This document shows positions 59,628 to 64,000 of a stretch of DNA of 64,000 bases, in pieces (position 1 is the first letter of the stretch; each line of letters starts with the position of its first letter). The DNA is from Nemertoderma westbladi (lineage: Eukaryota; Animalia; Xenacoelomorpha). A program made the translations under genes and the position numbers. The stretch is taken from the NCBI GenBank assembly GCA_032718475.1, contig JAUCBJ010007942.1, forward strand, positions 33,021 through 97,020, in the 5' to 3' direction. The notes beneath the pieces are model-generated. The model made no database searches and was not told where the DNA came from. It saw only the letters and a list, made by a program, of their open reading frames with translations.

Positions 59628-61714
59628 GCCCCCCAACCCCGGGGCCGTTGGGTTGGCTGCGGCCGGGTGCTTTTCGCTTCTCATCGTACATTATTAGCCT
59701 CATACAGTTTAATTGTTCGTCCTTTTGGCCCAGTTCTCGTCGCTTGTAGATCTCCCTACGGTTTATTCGCACCGCCAGTCTCCTCTACTAACTAATAATT
59801 AGTTGACGTACTACTTACTTACTCTTATATAAATACATTTTTATAATATTCTTCTAAATCACTTATATTTTTTATAAAGTTGCCATTTAATATGATAATA
59901 ACGTAGATAGAGATAATAGTAGGTCGACTGCCTATCATCGTAAATTCCAAGAATTCGGCTATCCCCATAAAGCCGCGTTCATTTTACAAAAACTAAAATC
60001 TAAAATACATTTTGTCAAATTTTGTCCCTTGAAAATCGGTGTGAAACATTTCGATGTTAAACTTTTATATTAAAACTCCAGAAACTCTAGGATAATTATT
60101 GTGTTTATTGTTAACTTGGTTGAAATGTGTCTATAAACTAGACAACCCACTCACTATCTGTAATATATAGAGCCGTTGACTCGGATAACTCGGACCAACT
60201 CAACTGCTCGCCGTCTATTACCATAAAGAGACATCATTTAATCTTTCTATAAGCAATTCAATATTAGCTTTTCATGAATTCGCACAATTCCTATCGGAAT
60301 TAGCCATTCTTCTTCGCATTTAATGTCTCAACTTCGAATCTTCTTAATTATCTCTAGAACGCTTGCGTTGCTAGGATTCACAATAACAATATCTGAGAAC
60401 AGCTGTTATTGCTTTCTAACATTACAGGTTTTATCGTTCTTTGGCGGCCATTATTTATTGTTCTATTTAACAATTACACAACCTTCTCAATCATTTTGTT
60501 TGTTTGTGTTGCTACGCATTTGAGATATTGTATAAACAGTTGTTACCCAGCTACTCAACAGAAAGACGTAGTGTTCTAGAATATCGTGTATTTATTAAAT
60601 AGAATGGCGTTCAGCGAACGATACTTATTGCAATCTTTGAACGCCTATATCTCAGTTGTTTCTCCACGAAAGTAAAGAAATCTTTCCAATGAAATGAGAA
60701 AATTACGATTAATGTGAAGAATGGCCACGATTCGGAGGGGGCGATTCCGCAAAATGCAATTTTATTATAGAATCAAAAACAAAATATATAATTATGACTC
60801 CGTCTCAATGTCGGATGGGGCCTCAATGGGGGGGGGGGGGGGGGTGTCATCAGATAATGACAAATTAATAATCATAATTTTAATGTTAATGTTAACAAAT
60901 TTTCATCAAAATTAGGCCAAAATAGAGACAAATTATGTAAAAATTAGTGTGAAACTTTTTGAATTGAAAAGGATGTTCGAATTGTTTGAATTGAATTTGT
61001 GAAAAATCCCTGACATTTGGAAGTAAATATTATTAGAACACTTATTTTGACTTTGTAATATTGTGTAGTAATTAATATAAAGTTTAAATTTAATATTTAA
61101 TTTTTTGGTGTATAATAGTTTGGCTTTGGAGCAACAAATTACAAAGGAAATCCATGAAAAACAGAAAGAGAATTCAGTGGGACGATTTTAGTCTGAAATA
61201 AATCATAATATAAAAGGTGTGATAATTATATTGGTAATTAATTGTAAGTCAATTCAATTTAATAATTATAATGATTTTAATCGTAATAATTGTTTTATAT
61301 TTTACAATCGGATGAAGTACCAAGGTGTGCTATTATAGTACCAAGGTGTGCTATTATAGCACAGGGTGTCGCCTTGCTATTAATGTTTTTATTAATTTGT
61401 TCTCTTCGCCACGATTAAAATTGTTTATTTCACCGTTGTAGAATGTTGGTTTATATCAGAACTGTAATAGAATCAATATAGATAACAAACTGCCTGAATA
61501 TTATTGCCTATTCCTCGTGTCTTTTATTATTTAATGATACTCATCTAGATGGTGTTCTCCGCACCTTCCCACACGTTCACATCCTACCACCCTTGGTAAA
61601 GTATTTACAGATTTAGTTTTCATAATTAAAAGTATTTTGTATAAATAACTTATTGCCATAATACACTAGCTCTATACACAGAGGTACTAAGTGGGGTTTT
61701 TTTATCACATTTTT

Positions 61715-63985
61715 AATGATGCTGATTTCTGTACGTAGTGAATGCAGTATGGTGCTGCTTTGTGAATGAAGTGATTGCAGTATGGTGCTGCTTTGTGAAC
61801 GAAATGAATGCAGTATGGTGCTGCTTTGTGAACGAAGTGAATGCAGTATGGTGCTGCTTTGTGAACGAAGTGAATACAGTATGATACTGCTTTGTGTATA
61901 TTCTGAATGCAGTATGATGCTGCTTTGTGAACGAAGTGAATGCAGTATGGTGCTGCTTTGTGAACGAAGTGAATGCAGTATGGTGCTGCTTTGTGAACGA
62001 AGTGAATGCAGTATGATACTGCTTTGTGTATATTCTGAATGCAGTATGATGCTGCTTTGTGAACGAAGTGAATGCAGTATGGTGCTGCTTTGTGAACGAA
62101 GTGAATGCAGTATGATACTGCTTTGTGTACGAAGTGAATGCAGTATGGTGCTGCTTTGTGAACGAAGTGAATGCAGTATGATACTGCTTATGTATATTCT
62201 GGATACAGTATGATGCTGCTTTGTGTACGTAGTGAATGCAGTATGATGCTGCTTTGTGTACGTAATAAATGCAGTATGATACTGCTTTGTTTACTTATTG
62301 AATGCAGTATGATGCTGCTTTGTGTATATTGTGGATGCAGCATGATGCTGCTTTGTGTACGTAGTGAATTTAATGCAGTATGTGCTGCTTTGTTTACGTA
62401 GTGAATGTAATATGATGCTGCTTTGTGTTCAAAGTGAATGCAGTATGATATTGCTTTGTGTATATTGTGGATGCTGTATGATGCTGATTTGTGTGCGCAG
62501 TGAATGCAGTATGATGCTGATTTGCGTACGTACTGAATTGAGTATAATGCTGCTTTGCGTACGTACTGAATGCAATTTGATACTGCTTTGTTTACGTAGT
62601 GAATGCAGTATGATGCTGCTTTGTGTATATTGTGGATGCAGTATGATGCTGCTTTGTGTACGTAGTGAATGCAGTATGATGCTGATTTGTGTACGTACTA
62701 AATTGAGTATGATGCTGCTTTGTGCATATTGTGGATGCAGTATGATGCTGCTTTGTGTTCGAAGTGAATGCAGTATGATGCTGATTTGTGTACGTAGTGA
62801 ATTGAATGTAGTATGTGCTGCTTTGTTTACGTAGTGAATGCAGTATGATGCTGCTTTGTGTATATTGTGGATGCAGTATGATGCTGTTTTGTGTACGTAG
62901 TGAATGCAGTATGATGCTGATTTGTGTACGTACTAAATTGGGTATGATGCTGCTTTGTGCATATTGTGGATGCAGTATTATGCTGCTTTGTGTTCGAAGT
63001 GAATGCAGTATGATGCTGATTTGTGTACGTAGTGAATTGAATGTAGTATGTGCTGCTTTGTTTACGTAGTGAATGCAGTATGATGCTGCTTTGTGTATAT
63101 TGTGGATGCAGTATGATGCTGCTTTGTGCACGTAGTGAATGCAGTATGATGATGATTTGTGTACGTAGTGAATGCAGTATAATGATGATTTGTGTACGTA
63201 CTAAATTGAATATGATGCTGCTTTGTGTATATTGTGGATGCAGTATGATGCTGCTTTGTGTTCGAAGTGAATGCAGTATGATGCTGATTTGTGTACGTAG
63301 TGAATTGAATGCAGTATGTGTTGCTTTGTTTACGTAGTGAATGCTCTATGATGCTGCTTTGTGTGCGTAGTGAATTGAATGCAGTAGTATGCTGCTTTGT
63401 GTATGTAATGAATTGAATGCAGTATGTGCTGCTTTGTTTACGTATTGAATGCTATATGATGCTGCTTTGTGTTCGAAGTGAATGCTGTATGATGCCGCCT
63501 TGTGTACGTAGTGAATTCAGTATGATGCTGCTTTGTGTATATTGTGGATGCAGTATGATGCTGCTTTGTGTACGTAGTGAATGCAGTATGATGCTGATTT
63601 GTGTACAAAGTGAATGCAGTATGATGCTGATTTGTGTACGAAGTGAATGCAGTATGATGATGCTTTGTGTACGAAGTGAATGCAGTATGATACTGCTTTG
63701 TGTATATTCTGGATGCAGTATGATGCTGCTTTGTGTATATAGTGGATGCAGTATGATGCTGCTTTGTGAACGTATGGAATGCAGTATGATGCTGATATGT
63801 GTACGAAGTGAATGCAGTATGATACTGCTTTATTTATATTCTGGATGCAGTATGATGCTGCTTTGTGTACGTATTGAATGCAGTTGATGCTGCTTTGTGT
63901 ACGTATTGAATGTAGTTGATGCTGATTTATGTACGAAGTGAATGCAGTATGATGCTTCTTGGTATACATAGTGAATGCAGTATGA
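61715..63985. repeat. 33 bp satellite/minisatellite, ~69 diverged copies
   Basis: Consensus AGTGAATGCAGTATGATGCTGCTTTGTGTACGT; variants recur in higher-order blocks. Confidence 0.95.
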
Positions 63986-64000
63986 TCCATATTGTTTACA

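Noticed and set aside
61782-63990. Cys/Met-rich or His-rich protein ORFs
   Set aside because: By-products of a 33 bp (multiple of three) satellite; frames break arbitrarily and are open on both strands.

Overview
Eukaryotic, repeat-rich window, probably from an invertebrate animal. It contains: (1) the 5' half of a decayed BEL/Pao LTR retrotransposon on the minus strand (1-~5700), whose putative LTR carries a tRNA-like Pol III cassette; (2) a single-pass membrane protein ORF with a six-cysteine ectodomain (8568-9434); (3) a patchwork of MITEs, palindromes and LINE pieces, including a 5'-truncated RTE-type LINE with a ~73 bp target-site duplication; (4) a 14.5 kb full-length BEL/Pao element (22334-36799, minus strand); (5) a 21.7 kb array of a 38 bp satellite that starts exactly at that element's 5' LTR; (6) the probable last exon of a type I membrane protein; (7) a 33 bp satellite. 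The best candidate for a new system is inside element (4). Where an env gene would sit, it carries an intact 847 aa ORF combining a WRN/Mut-7/EXD-like DEDDy 3'-5' exonuclease domain with three CCHC zinc knuckles. This ORF is separated from pol by a leftover PPT-like tract and a 26-unit hairpin minisatellite. All domain calls come from motif reading by eye; no database searches were run.
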